In this document: positions 30,498-40,838 of the stretch, piece by piece | Layout: each line of letters opens with the position of its first letter | How positions within the stretch are numbered: the stretch's first letter is position 1 | Source: an uncultured Armatimonadetes bacterium | Lineage (GTDB): Bacteria; Armatimonadota; Hebobacteria; Hebobacterales; Hebobacteraceae | NCBI GenBank assembly: GCA_963716175.1 | Contig: OY970296.1 | Span: forward strand, 4,416,001 to 4,480,000 | Length of the DNA stretch: 64,000 nucleotides | Reading direction: 5' to 3' | Made by a program: the position numbers and the translations under genes | The notes under the pieces: generated by a model | What the model saw: the letters and a program-made list of their open reading frames with translations, nothing else | Databases searched by the model: none | What the model was told of the DNA's origin: nothing

Positions 30498-31583
30498 ATG
30501 ATCTCTGAGTTGGAGGCGATCGGGTTTGAGCGGATACGCCCGCTTCTGCAGGAGGTACAGCACAACCTTACCATTGCGGCCGTGGTCGAAGGAACCTGCC
30601 CTGGCAGAATCTGGGTAGACAATGCCGCTGCTCCCCGCAGCGCGTTAGTATCAACGCCAGAGGGACACTTCCTGGTGGGACAGAGGCCCGAAGGGGAGCT
30701 CGCGGCCTCTCTCAAGGAGCTGATCACTGAGACCATCTACCCGCGCGGTAAAGCGCAGGGATGGTTGTGCTTTCTTCTGCATTACCCCGACCCGGACTGG
30801 AAGCCTGCCATCGCCGACCTCGTGGCGGCGAAGTGCCCAGTGTGGGACCATCAGCAGTACTTCGTTCTCAAGCATCTCAGGCGCGATTGGCGCGAGGGGT
30901 TCCCCGACGGGTTCTCCCTGCAGCGCGTGGACCGCGGTTTGCTGGAGAGAGCGGACCTCGCCAACGTGCAGCACCTGAGAGGCTGGGCGACCGGGAACTT
31001 CGGGTCACTCGCAGGATTTCTGGAACATGGCTTCGGTTTCTGCATCACCCGCGGGAGTGAGATCGTCAGCTGGTGCCTCTCGGACTGCGTCAGCGGGTGC
31101 TGCTGCGAGATCGGCATCCACACCGCGGAGGGCTATCGCAGGCGGGGCCTGGCGGCTCGCACCGTGGCCGCAGCCGTGGAGCATTGCCTCGCGAGTGGGC
31201 TGACACATGTTGGCTGGCACTGCTGGAGCAGCAATCTGGCCTCCGCGGCGACGGCGAGAGCAGTCGGGTTCGAGAAGGTGCTCGACCACTACGGCGTGCA
31301 GGTCTGGTTCAACGAGTTCGACGGCCTCCTGGTCAACGGGAACCTCTGTCTCCTGCAGAGCCGTTACGCCGATGCCGCCGAATGGTACGAGAAGGCCTTC
31401 GCGATGGCGGCTATGGGGGCCCCGGAGGTGGAGGCATCGAGCGTCATCGGCACCGCGGCGGACTGGGGCCGGTACTACCATAAGGCGGCGTGCTCGTGGG
31501 CTCTGGCCGGGAACCGGGAGGCAGCGCTGAGGTGTCTGGATAGAGCCATTGACACAGGCGGCGACCGCTGGCGGCTGTTCTAG
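30498..31583 (+). CDS. GNAT acetyltransferase (GNAT_acetyltran-like) with C-terminal TPR
   Basis: GGAGG RBS. 'EIGIHTAEGYRRRGLA' and 'NLASAATARAVGF', then TPR-like 'YADAAEWYEKA...YYHKAACSWALAGNREAALRCLDRAI'. Confidence 0.85.
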   Translation: MISELEAIGFERIRPLLQEVQHNLTIAAVVEGTCPGRIWVDNAAAPRSALVSTPEGHFLVGQRPEGELAASLKELITETIYPRGKAQGWLCFLLHYPDPDWKPAIADLVAAKCPVWDHQQYFVLKHLRRDWREGFPDGFSLQRVDRGLLERADLANVQHLRGWATGNFGSLAGFLEHGFGFCITRGSEIVSWCLSDCVSGCCCEIGIHTAEGYRRRGLAARTVAAAVEHCLASGLTHVGWHCWSSNLASAATARAVGFEKVLDHYGVQVWFNEFDGLLVNGNLCLLQSRYADAAEWYEKAFAMAAMGAPEVEASSVIGTAADWGRYYHKAACSWALAGNREAALRCLDRAIDTGGDRWRLF

Positions 31584-31605
31584 CCAGGCTGGGAGCCTGG
31601 GCTAC
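31581..31605 (-). repeat. GTAG-type REP-like palindrome
   Basis: Minus strand GTAGCCCAGGCTCCCAGCCTGG. Shares the 15-bp core CAGGCTCCCAGCCTG with 57334-57355. Confidence 0.55.
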
Positions 31606-31706
31606 GAAGCAGGAATGTCATCTTGCCGGAATCAAGAACAGGCGGCAGGGACTGGTGGCGACCGCAGGCTGGGACGCTGCCCTGTCCGGCAGTCTAGGAG
31701 AGTAAC

Positions 31707-33629
31707 ATGCGGACATCCATTGCGCTGACGCAACCGGGCGAGTTCGTGGTCGGCTGCAACTACTGGGCCTCGCACGCCGGAACCTTCATGTGGCGCGACT
31801 GGCGGCCGGAGGTGGTGGACCGCGATCTCCGGCTGCTGAGCGAAGCAGGGCTGCAGGTGCTGCGAGTGTTCCCCCTGTGGCCGGATTTCCAGCCCCTCAC
31901 GAACCTGCTCGGCGGCGGCGGTTCTTCGCGGGAGTTCCGCCACGGTGAAGCGCCACTGCCGGATGACGACTGCGGACAGGCTGGCCTGTCGGCGGAAATG
32001 CTGGACCGTTTCGCTCACTTCCTCGATCTGGCGGAGAAGCACAAGCTCAAGCTGATTGTTGGCCTGCTGACTGGCTGGATGAGCGGCCGCCTGCACCTGC
32101 CTCCGGCCTTCGAGCGGCTCAACCCGCTGACGGATGCTCGCGTGATCCGGTGGGAATTGCGGATGATCCGTCACTTCGTTCATCGCTTCAAGGACCACCC
32201 GGCAATTGCGGGATGGGACCTGGGCAATGAGTGCAATTGCATGGGCCAGGCGAACCGCGAGCAGGCCTTCATCTGGACCGCGACCATCGCCAACGCGATT
32301 CGCGTCGCTGACCCGTCCCGGCCGGTGGTCTCGGGGCTGCATGGTCTGACGCCGCAGGGAGAGTGGACCATGCAGGACCAGGGAGAGCTGACCGACCTGC
32401 TGACCACACATCCCTATCCAGTATTCACCCCGCACTGCGACCAAGACCCGGTCAACACCATCAGGACGATCATGCACAGCACGGCGGAGTCGCGGTTCTA
32501 TGCAGACATCGGCGGCAAGCCCTGCCTCTGCCAGGAGATCGGCACGCTGGGGCCGATGCTGGCGAGCGAGAGGATCGCGGCGGATTTCGCCCGGAGCTGC
32601 ATGTTCTCGCTGTGGGCAAACGACTGCCACGGGCTCGTGTGGTGGTGTGCGTTCGACCAGACGCACCTCACTCACACCCCTTACGACTGGAACCAGATGG
32701 AGCGCGAGCTGGGCCTGATACGAGTGGATGGATCGGCGAAGCCGGTGCTGGAGACGATGGGCGCGTTCCGCAGGATGCTGGCGTCCATGCCCTTCGATGC
32801 GCTGCCCCCGCATACGCGAGAGGCGGTGTGCATCCTGACCGAGGGTCAGGACCATTGGGGCGTGGCCTACAGCACCTACCTTCTCGCCAAGCAGGCGGGC
32901 TTCGATATCGAGTTTCAGTACGCGCAGCAGCCAATCCGCGAGGCGCGCTTGTACCTGATGCCGTGCCTGGCCGGGCACAGCATGGTCTCGGGCCGCCGCA
33001 TGCGGGAGCTGCTGGCGAAGGTCGAGGCCGGCGCCACGCTCTACCTCTCCCTCGATACGGGCCTGCCGGCGGAGTTCAGGGAGCTGGTCGGCCTGGAGGC
33101 CCAGACCCGTGAGCGGCGGCGCGAGCTCAATACCATCCGACTCGGCGGTCTCGAGGGGGTTCCGAGCATCCCGTGCGCCGGCGGCTACAAGGTGCGCTTC
33201 ACACCAGTGCGCGCACAGGTGCTGGGAGAAGAGGACGATGGCAGCCCAGCCTTCACGGTCGCAAGCTATGGTCGAGGGAAAGTGTTCTTCCTGAACACCC
33301 CGATGGAGCTGACCGTGAGCCGCACGCCGGGGATTCTGCACACACCCGAGGCGCCGCCGTGCTGGTCGGTCTACCGACACGTGGCGGCCGATGTCATACG
33401 GAACCGCGTGGTGAGCAAAGAGCACCCGATGGTGGGGGTCACAGAACACCCGCGCGATGCCGGCAGCCGCGTCATCGTCGCCATCAACTACTCACCTGAG
33501 AAGATCAACACCAGGCTCACGCTAGCGAGGGGTTGGGCCCTCGGGGATGTCCTCTACGGAGCGGTGGAACCGAACGGAGAGTGCGCGCTGCCGGCCAACG
33601 ACGCAGCGGTGTTCCTGGCGAAGGCCTAA
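31707..33629 (+). CDS. Clan GH-A glycoside hydrolase (GH5 mannanase-like / GH42-like)
   Basis: 'GCNYW', 'LRVFPLWPDFQP', acid/base motif 'WDLGNECN' and nucleophile 'QEIG'. Confidence 0.8.
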   Translation: MRTSIALTQPGEFVVGCNYWASHAGTFMWRDWRPEVVDRDLRLLSEAGLQVLRVFPLWPDFQPLTNLLGGGGSSREFRHGEAPLPDDDCGQAGLSAEMLDRFAHFLDLAEKHKLKLIVGLLTGWMSGRLHLPPAFERLNPLTDARVIRWELRMIRHFVHRFKDHPAIAGWDLGNECNCMGQANREQAFIWTATIANAIRVADPSRPVVSGLHGLTPQGEWTMQDQGELTDLLTTHPYPVFTPHCDQDPVNTIRTIMHSTAESRFYADIGGKPCLCQEIGTLGPMLASERIAADFARSCMFSLWANDCHGLVWWCAFDQTHLTHTPYDWNQMERELGLIRVDGSAKPVLETMGAFRRMLASMPFDALPPHTREAVCILTEGQDHWGVAYSTYLLAKQAGFDIEFQYAQQPIREARLYLMPCLAGHSMVSGRRMRELLAKVEAGATLYLSLDTGLPAEFRELVGLEAQTRERRRELNTIRLGGLEGVPSIPCAGGYKVRFTPVRAQVLGEEDDGSPAFTVASYGRGKVFFLNTPMELTVSRTPGILHTPEAPPCWSVYRHVAADVIRNRVVSKEHPMVGVTEHPRDAGSRVIVAINYSPEKINTRLTLARGWALGDVLYGAVEPNGECALPANDAAVFLAKA

Positions 33630-33670
33630 CAAGCGCCGAACCTGCGTAGGCGAGGCAGTGGGCTGGCCCG

Positions 33671-35788
33671 CTAGTTCCCAGAGCCCGAGTTGCCGCCCAA
33701 CTCGACCAGCACCGGCGAGCGAGCGTCGGGCCGGTTCGGCTGAAGGGAAAACCGCCGGGTGCGGTCGGGCGCCGCCAGAGTCAGGATCTTCTGCCCGCCT
33801 CGCTCCGCGATCTCCGGCTTGGCGCCAGGTGTGCTGGCGGCCGGATAGGCCTCCAACACGGTCACGAAGGTGAGCTGTTGGCGAGCATCGCGGTTTGACA
33901 CCTTGAGGGCTTCGATCTCCCCGGCCGGATTGCCGCTGGTGCCAATCAGCGGCTGACGCCAGCTCTCTGCAGCCACCTCCGCAGGCGCCAGCACCGTCAA
34001 GCGCAGCGCCCCGTTCTTCCCCTGCACAGTGAACCGGTTCCCCTCCTGCTGCTGGAAGGGGAAGTCGGCGTGGAAGTAGAGCTCGAAGGTGGAGGGTGAG
34101 ACCGCCTCCAGCTCATCCACGATGACCCAGCAATCCGGCCGCAGGTAGAAGACGTGCCGCAAGAACTTCTTCAGCCCGGCCTCGCGCTTGTAAGCCGCGG
34201 TCACGTCTCCGATGATGTAATCGTGATCCTGCGCGTGATCGGCACGAAGGATCCTGGCCCCACGCTTCTCGGCGCACAGCTGATCCCCCTGAAACCACGC
34301 TTCTCCCTCACCTTCCTGCCCCACGCCGTTGACCAGGGCCGTGTTCTGAAAGGCGGTGGTCTTGAAGGTGTAGCCGTCATCCACGATCAGCCAGTCGCCA
34401 TGGGCGAAGAGCTGAAAGGACCCAGCATCGGGATGCACGTGGCCTCCGCCCGGGTCATAGGAGTACTTGGCGAGCGCATGGTGGCCGATGTGCGGGCCGC
34501 ACTTGAACGCCATCAGCGCCTCATCGCCGTCCCACGATGAACGCATGAAGACAAGGTCGAGATCATCGAAATGCTTGAACGTGGGAAGGTCCGTCGGCGG
34601 CCGCGCGGGCACGGATGGATCCGCCCAGAGCAGGTTCAGGAATGCGGCGGCATCGTTGCAGAGGTCGGCCCCTCTGAGCGCGTTTGCCAGCCATTGCGCG
34701 TGCCCGTCCCGGTACTCCGCCGCCAGCTTTCGCAGCATGTAATCAGGCCCGTACCAGTCGTACCTGGGCCCATCGGCGAAAGTCATCAGGTCCGATTGCT
34801 GAGTCCACGATTGCTGTGGCAGCATGGAGTAAAGACGAAACGACGCGGTGTGTTGGAACCACGGGTTGTTCGCGAACAGGTCCCTGTCGAGCAGGCCACG
34901 CGAGAGCTCCATCAGTTTCAGCAAGTACTCCAGGCCATAGGACCAGTAGGGGACGCCCTCATGGGAGGCGCCGTCCGGCCCCAGAGAGCCCATCGTGATC
35001 TCGAGCTTCTCCAGCGGCAGCAGCACCCAGCCGTCCACTCCCTCGACTTCGCCGAATAGAGACAGGCCGGCCGCCGCCAGCCCGGTCATATCCACCCACT
35101 GATGGTTCTGCAGGTAAGCGTTGTGCCACCAGACCCGCTTGTTCAGCAAGGCCTGGTACATGCGCTCCCCGCGCTGCCGCAGGCATGCTCGCACCGCGGC
35201 GCGAGCGTCTGCGTCGAGATCTTGATATAGCCAGTCATACCCCAACGCCAGACCATAGAGCTGATGTCCGGCGGCGAGGTCCATGCCATCGATCTCACCC
35301 AGGCCCCAGGTCGGGTAGCCGGCGGAAGCAAGCATCCAGGCCTGCGCCGCAGCGAGGTACTTCCTCTCGCCAGTGAGCACATAGACCAGAGCCAGGTTGG
35401 GGATCGCGCTCCCCACCTCGCGCTGGTAGAGCTGCTCTTCGCCCGACCATCTATCATCCTTGCGGTAGGCGGGCGGGCCGTCGCTGGCGAGCCGGTCGGC
35501 TACACCCCGAAGTTGCTGAAAGAGGGAAGCGTAGGGCTCACGCTTGAGTTCAGCCTTCAGCTCCTGAACGCGCTCGTCTGTCAGATAGAGCCGCGGGTGC
35601 ACGCCCTGCAATCGGGCCAGCGGGGCCGGTATGGTCGTGAAGTGGTACTGCTCTCCGGCCGTGAAGCGTTCTGTCTCCATGACAGGCACCTCATCCAGAC
35701 GGGTATCGAGCTCGCTCGCACAGGAGGCGGATAGAAGAACGGCAAGCAGGACAACAGACAGGACGATCGCCCGGGGCCAGTCAATCAT
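33671..35788 (-). CDS. Heparinase II/III-like polysaccharide lyase (DUF4962 N-terminus), likely lipoprotein
   Basis: 'HPRLY', 'QNHQW', 'DGASHEGVPYWSYG', 'GHVHPDAGSF' and 'NTALVNG'. Signal peptide ends LSASC. Confidence 0.8.
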   Translation of the reverse strand: MIDWPRAIVLSVVLLAVLLSASCASELDTRLDEVPVMETERFTAGEQYHFTTIPAPLARLQGVHPRLYLTDERVQELKAELKREPYASLFQQLRGVADRLASDGPPAYRKDDRWSGEEQLYQREVGSAIPNLALVYVLTGERKYLAAAQAWMLASAGYPTWGLGEIDGMDLAAGHQLYGLALGYDWLYQDLDADARAAVRACLRQRGERMYQALLNKRVWWHNAYLQNHQWVDMTGLAAAGLSLFGEVEGVDGWVLLPLEKLEITMGSLGPDGASHEGVPYWSYGLEYLLKLMELSRGLLDRDLFANNPWFQHTASFRLYSMLPQQSWTQQSDLMTFADGPRYDWYGPDYMLRKLAAEYRDGHAQWLANALRGADLCNDAAAFLNLLWADPSVPARPPTDLPTFKHFDDLDLVFMRSSWDGDEALMAFKCGPHIGHHALAKYSYDPGGGHVHPDAGSFQLFAHGDWLIVDDGYTFKTTAFQNTALVNGVGQEGEGEAWFQGDQLCAEKRGARILRADHAQDHDYIIGDVTAAYKREAGLKKFLRHVFYLRPDCWVIVDELEAVSPSTFELYFHADFPFQQQEGNRFTVQGKNGALRLTVLAPAEVAAESWRQPLIGTSGNPAGEIEALKVSNRDARQQLTFVTVLEAYPAASTPGAKPEIAERGGQKILTLAAPDRTRRFSLQPNRPDARSPVLVELGGNSGSGN

Positions 35789-35924
35789 GGCGGCCTCTCC
35801 AACTACCGCGCCGCGAGGAGGGGACCCACGCAGTGCGCGCCGATAGAGCTGTTTTCGTGGTCGAGCTCGCGCGTTCCTTGCCGTGACCGGTCGGATATCC
35901 GCGCGGACCCGCCCCTGCGCTACC

Positions 35925-38255
35925 TCAGTATCGCAGGCGGAAGGGCCGCCCGGGGTCGAGCTCTGAGGCGGCCTTGACCAGCTTCTGCCTCGGCTGGTAA
36001 GCGAACGGCACGCTCCGGCTTCCGCAGGTCAGCTCGCGGGGACGCGCGGGAGAGATGATCGCCATCTCGGTCTCAGCGTGGGCCGGGCCCTGAAGCGACC
36101 ACTCGAAGACCCGCCCCGCCCGGTCCCAGCACGCGGAGGCCAGCCCATCCGCGCCCAGAGCGTAGACCAAGTCCGGAGCGTCCTTGGTCGCTTCTCTTAT
36201 GTAGAGCAAGGCATGTCCGTGGGCCGGCAGAGAGACTGGAAGCTCCTTGAGCTGGGAGCCGGTGAAAGTCCCAATCAGCTTGCCCCGCGCCGGCTCGTAG
36301 ACGAGGTAGGAGCGCCGGGCAGCGAGACCGAGCTGAGGAAGTGACCGGATGCTGAGAGTGGTGCGCACAGGCCTGGCGTTCATGTTGACGACAGTCAGCA
36401 GAAGCTGGCTGCTGTCCTCTCTCCGCAGCACATTCACGTACACTTCTCCGGTCGAAGCAGAGGCCAGCTGTTGATCAGCCAGGGCGGGATGCAGCGAAGC
36501 CTTCTCCACACCGAAGAAGCGTAGGATATCCCGGTAGCGCCGGAAGGCGGCGACATCCTCCTCGCTGTACGCTCTGCGATTGCCCAGGTCATAGGGGTGG
36601 CGAGGCAGGAGCGAGCAGATGAGCAAGCCGAGGGAGAGCTTCTGCTCGGTAGTGAGATCGCTGCCATAGGTAGACCACGCCGTCTGCGAACCAAGGCGAT
36701 AGGAGAAGTAGAGGAATGAGCGAGCCAGAGGTTCGAGCCCCATGACGTCCATGGACTCGCCCACCAGCCGGATGTCCGAGAGGGAGGTGATATAGGCGAT
36801 GGGCAGGACATTGGTGTTGTTGAAGATGATGGCGTCCGGCTTCTTCGACTTGATGCGATTATAGGCGTAAGCCAGCATATCACGGAGGCCCAGGAAGCTG
36901 ACATGCCGGAACCGGCCATCGCCGTGGGCCGGGTTTTCGCAGGCCATCTGGCCATACCACATGTCTATATAGATCCCGTCGAAGTCGTAGTTGTCTACGA
37001 CCCTGTCTATCAGCCGTTTGAAGTGATCGCGCCATCCCTCGGCCCAGGGGCACATTCCCGACGAACGGTACTGGAAAGAGTATCCGGGCTGGAGGCGCCA
37101 TTCGGGTCCATGCTCGTCGTAGGCACTGCTGTTGTGTCTCAGATCGGTCGCCGAAACATATGGGACGACCTTGATGCCGCGCTCGTGAAGTCGCGCGACG
37201 TTCTGGGCGATCTCCTCGCTCTCCGTCGCGCTCGGAGGATTCGCGCTGAACCCAGTCAGGCTCTCGAGGTAGTTCGCGCCCCGGCGAGCTGCCTGCTCGA
37301 TCTGCTCTCCGGGCATCCCGTAGCGGCCCTCCACCGGCCGCAGGCCGAGCAGAGCGGAACGATACGGCTTGGCCGGGGTGACGGCAAGTGCGAAGGCCCC
37401 CTCCGTGGACCACCCGGCCTTCAGCGGGAGATAGACATTGCGCACCGCGAAATTCTCCCAGGAGACCTCCCGGCCACGGCGGGAGATGACGAACATGGAC
37501 TGCGATCTCCCCGAAAGCGAGTCGCCCCATCCGCGGCCATCAGGGAAGCGGAACTCGGTGGGCTGGTAGTGCTGCGGAGTGACCTCCCAGGTCGTCACCT
37601 CCACCCCGGTGCGTTGATTCCCCAGCCAGAACCAGGGCAGGAAGAGGCCAGTGAGGAACTCGCCATCTTCGTCGGGGAGGCGAGCGAAGTGGTAATCATC
37701 CGTCACCTGGCGCAGCGCCTGATCCGGCAGATTCGCGTGCAGGGAGCAGAGGGAGGCGGGAAGAGTGGCCCGGGAGAGACACAGCCAGCGGAGCTCGCAG
37801 TCGGACTCCGCTTGGTTCTGGATGGTGATGATGTCGAGCCCATCTATGTAGATGCGGTGGGTGATAGTGTAACGGATAGGGAACGGCTCCCCGGCTTCGG
37901 AGCGGTAGTGACCCGAGGCGCGCAGCATCACCCGCTCCGGGCTGGTCTCCACCACCGTGAACTCGGCCGCGCCTTCGTGCCGCATGGCGAAGCGCTTCTC
38001 GCGGGGGTCGCGTTCTGGGCTGAGGTAGGCGTCGGGGAGGGCGAAGCTTTTCCTCGCCGAGAAGTCGTCCGAGAGCACCTGGAGGCCGGTCATCAGGCCG
38101 TTGGCCTTGGAGAAGGTGTAGGCAAAGGTCTGCCCGGCAACGACGAAGAGGCCCCCCTCATCCCGCGCCTGCAACGCCTCCTCGGGCCTCATGGGGAGCT
38201 TGGGCACCGGCTCGAAAGGCAGCAAGCGACTGGGACCAGAATAGGCGGTTGACAT
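35925..38255 (-). CDS. Putative glycoside hydrolase (beta-sandwich plus TIM barrel, DUF6067-like)
   Basis: AAGGAGG RBS before ATG 38255. 'HERGIKVVPY' and 'YDFDGIYIDM'. Confidence 0.6.
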   Translation of the reverse strand: MSTAYSGPSRLLPFEPVPKLPMRPEEALQARDEGGLFVVAGQTFAYTFSKANGLMTGLQVLSDDFSARKSFALPDAYLSPERDPREKRFAMRHEGAAEFTVVETSPERVMLRASGHYRSEAGEPFPIRYTITHRIYIDGLDIITIQNQAESDCELRWLCLSRATLPASLCSLHANLPDQALRQVTDDYHFARLPDEDGEFLTGLFLPWFWLGNQRTGVEVTTWEVTPQHYQPTEFRFPDGRGWGDSLSGRSQSMFVISRRGREVSWENFAVRNVYLPLKAGWSTEGAFALAVTPAKPYRSALLGLRPVEGRYGMPGEQIEQAARRGANYLESLTGFSANPPSATESEEIAQNVARLHERGIKVVPYVSATDLRHNSSAYDEHGPEWRLQPGYSFQYRSSGMCPWAEGWRDHFKRLIDRVVDNYDFDGIYIDMWYGQMACENPAHGDGRFRHVSFLGLRDMLAYAYNRIKSKKPDAIIFNNTNVLPIAYITSLSDIRLVGESMDVMGLEPLARSFLYFSYRLGSQTAWSTYGSDLTTEQKLSLGLLICSLLPRHPYDLGNRRAYSEEDVAAFRRYRDILRFFGVEKASLHPALADQQLASASTGEVYVNVLRREDSSQLLLTVVNMNARPVRTTLSIRSLPQLGLAARRSYLVYEPARGKLIGTFTGSQLKELPVSLPAHGHALLYIREATKDAPDLVYALGADGLASACWDRAGRVFEWSLQGPAHAETEMAIISPARPRELTCGSRSVPFAYQPRQKLVKAASELDPGRPFRLRY

Positions 38256-38730
38256 GGACACCTCCTTCTCCGACAGCCTGTGAAGGCCCGCCCGCCACCC
38301 GGCCGGCGGGCAAGCCTGCAGCGCCAGAGTTACTGGAACGACTGCGGCCACGGCGACACCGGCCTGGGCTTCACTTCCGCCTCTGTCTCCGACCTCCTCT
38401 CGCCATCGCCATCATCTTGCCCGTTTGTCTTTCGCGAGTTCAGCGGCCAAACCGCCGCGCTGCCCCCGGCGGCCCATGCTCCTCTGCCTACAGGACCACC
38501 TGCATCCGCTCTTTCACCGTCGCCCGCGGCTTACCCCGGCTCGCTACTTTCCGCCTCAGGTGATCTCGGGTGCTCCCTCCTGGAGTTACAGCTTCGTCCA
38601 GCCCTGACTTACACTGCCTGAGAGGTCCCGCAGGGCGCGACCGCTCTCTGGCAGAAATAGGCCTGCACTCCCGCCATGGCGGCCTTGGTCGCGCCCGGCA
38701 GTCACGGGGATTCCCGGACCTCGCGGGTGG

Positions 38731-40745
38731 TTGATGCTGAAGAGAGCGCCCCAGGAAGCAGGCACGTCGGCCAGCCGCGCCTCCCTCAAGGAAGACGCGC
38801 CTGCCAGCGCTATCAGCGCGCGCTGCATCCTGCTCGGCGCACTCAGCGCTGCCCTTCTCGGCATCGTGAATCCCTATCTGAGTTTCGTCTTCCACACCTG
38901 GGACGTCGGCTCGGGCCAGTTGATGAACGGCCCCGTGCTAGTGCTTTTCATCCTGGTGATCTTCAACACGCTGCTGGTCCGCCTGTGGCCTGGCCGGGCC
39001 TTCACTCGCACCGAGCTGCTGGTCGTCTATGGCATGCTGACCGTCTCGTTGGGCCTTCTGATGCAGGGCGGCCTCCCCTACCTGGTGGCGCTCACCACTT
39101 ATCCCTTCTATGCCGCCACCCCTGAGAATCAGTGGCAACACCTGATCTGGCCCTACATCCCGCTGTGGTTTCGCGTGAGCAGCGCGGCTGCCGTGGACTG
39201 GTTCTGGGAGGGCATGCCCCGCGGGGCAGCGATCCCGTGGCACGACTGGCTCCAGCCGGTGCTGGCGTGGGGGGCATTCACCTGCACGCTGATGACAGCC
39301 ATGTTCTGCCTCAGCGCGCTCCTGAGCAGAGACTGGATCCATCGCCAACGCCTCACTTTCCCGTTGGTGGAAGTGCCGCTTGCCATCACCGGCGACAGGC
39401 GCTGGCCTACGCTCGGCAGCAGCCTGCTGGGCAATCGCGTCTTCTGGATCGGCTTCGCCATCCCCAGCGTCATCTCCACCTCCTCCTGGCTGCACCGTTT
39501 CTGGCCGAACTTCCCGGCGCCGCAGCTCTGGGGCCTCGATATCGGCCGCACCTTTGCCGGCATGGGCCTCCCCTGGAGCGCGCTGCAGGACACCCATTTC
39601 TCCATCCTGTTCTCCGTCATCGGAGTGATGTGTCTGCTGCCCACCGAGGTGGCCCTCAGCCTCTGGCTGTTCTACGTGCTCTACAAGGTGCAACTGCTGG
39701 TCTGGGCCACCTTTGGTGTGGGGCAAGGCGGGGGCCCGGCATTCGTGGATCCCCGCACGTTCGTGATGTACCAGGAGGCGGGGGCCTTCATCGGGTTCAG
39801 CGTGATCTTGCTCTACGAGTCACGGCAGTTCATCCGGAAAGCGTGGCTGGGCCTTTGGGGGGCCCTCGCGAGGAGGACGGCCCCTACGCCCCGCTCTCCG
39901 GCCGCGCCGCCTTGCTCGCGCTCATCGCCTCTGTCATCTTCATGCTCTGGTTCGCAGTCAATGCCGGCATGTCGTGGTGGTCCTTCTCGCTTCTCTTTGG
40001 GGTGTTCTTCACCGTGCTGCTGGGCTCCACGCGGTTGGTGGCTGCGGCTGGAGTCATGTACCCGGATACCGGGCGTTACGGCTACTCCTTCGTCATCAAC
40101 ATGCTGGGTTCCCAGCCAATCGGGACCCCCTCTCTGGTGATCTACACCTACTTCGCGTTCATCTACATGCAGGACCCGATGAACGTCGCCATGCCTCAGA
40201 TGATGAACAGCTTCAAGCTCACCGATAGCGGAAGGATCAGGGGACGACCTTTCTCAGCGGCTGCCGCGGTGGCGGTGGTGACCGTGATCGTGGCCGGCAC
40301 CGCCGGTCTGCTGAACATGCTCTACCACCAGGGGGCAAGCCAGTTGGAGCGGTGGCCCTTCTTCAACTGGGCCGACTGGGCTTTCACGGATCTCAGCAGC
40401 AGCCTGCGCAACCCTGAGGCCGCAAGCAACTGGCTGCGCCTGGGGGTGGGTGTGGGGGCGGTGGTCGCTACTGCGCTCGTGCTGCTTCACACCTACGTGG
40501 TCTGGTGGCCCGTCAGCCCCATCGGCTTCCTCATCGCCAGCACCTATACCTCGGACTGGATCCTCTGGAACAACGCGCTCGTCGCCTGGCTGCTCACCAG
40601 TCGGATCAGGCGGTACGGCGGCCTCCGTCTCTACCGCTCCTTCCGCCCCGCCTTCCTTGGCCTCATCCTCGGCGACTATCTCACCTCAGCTCTCTTCGCC
40701 ATCCTCAACACCATGCTCGACTACCGGAGGATGCTGGGCGGCTAG
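38731..40745 (+). CDS. DUF6785/DUF6784 membrane protein paralog, frameshift in the G-run near 39860
   Basis: Collinear with 1562-3553 ('TWDVGSG.L..GPVLVLF', 'MQGGLPY', 'PQMMNSFKL', 'RYGGLRL'). Confidence 0.8.
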
Positions 40746-40838
40746 ATCGCATCCCGGTGGCAAAGAGCCTGACAGCGACCCCGGTCCTGTGCTATGCTGG
40801 GCAGACTCGGCCGACAGTGACATCAGGAGTGTGAACCC

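Noticed and set aside
38280-38730. Short ORFs in the divergent intergenic region
   Set aside because: No convincing protein-like sequence or family motif.
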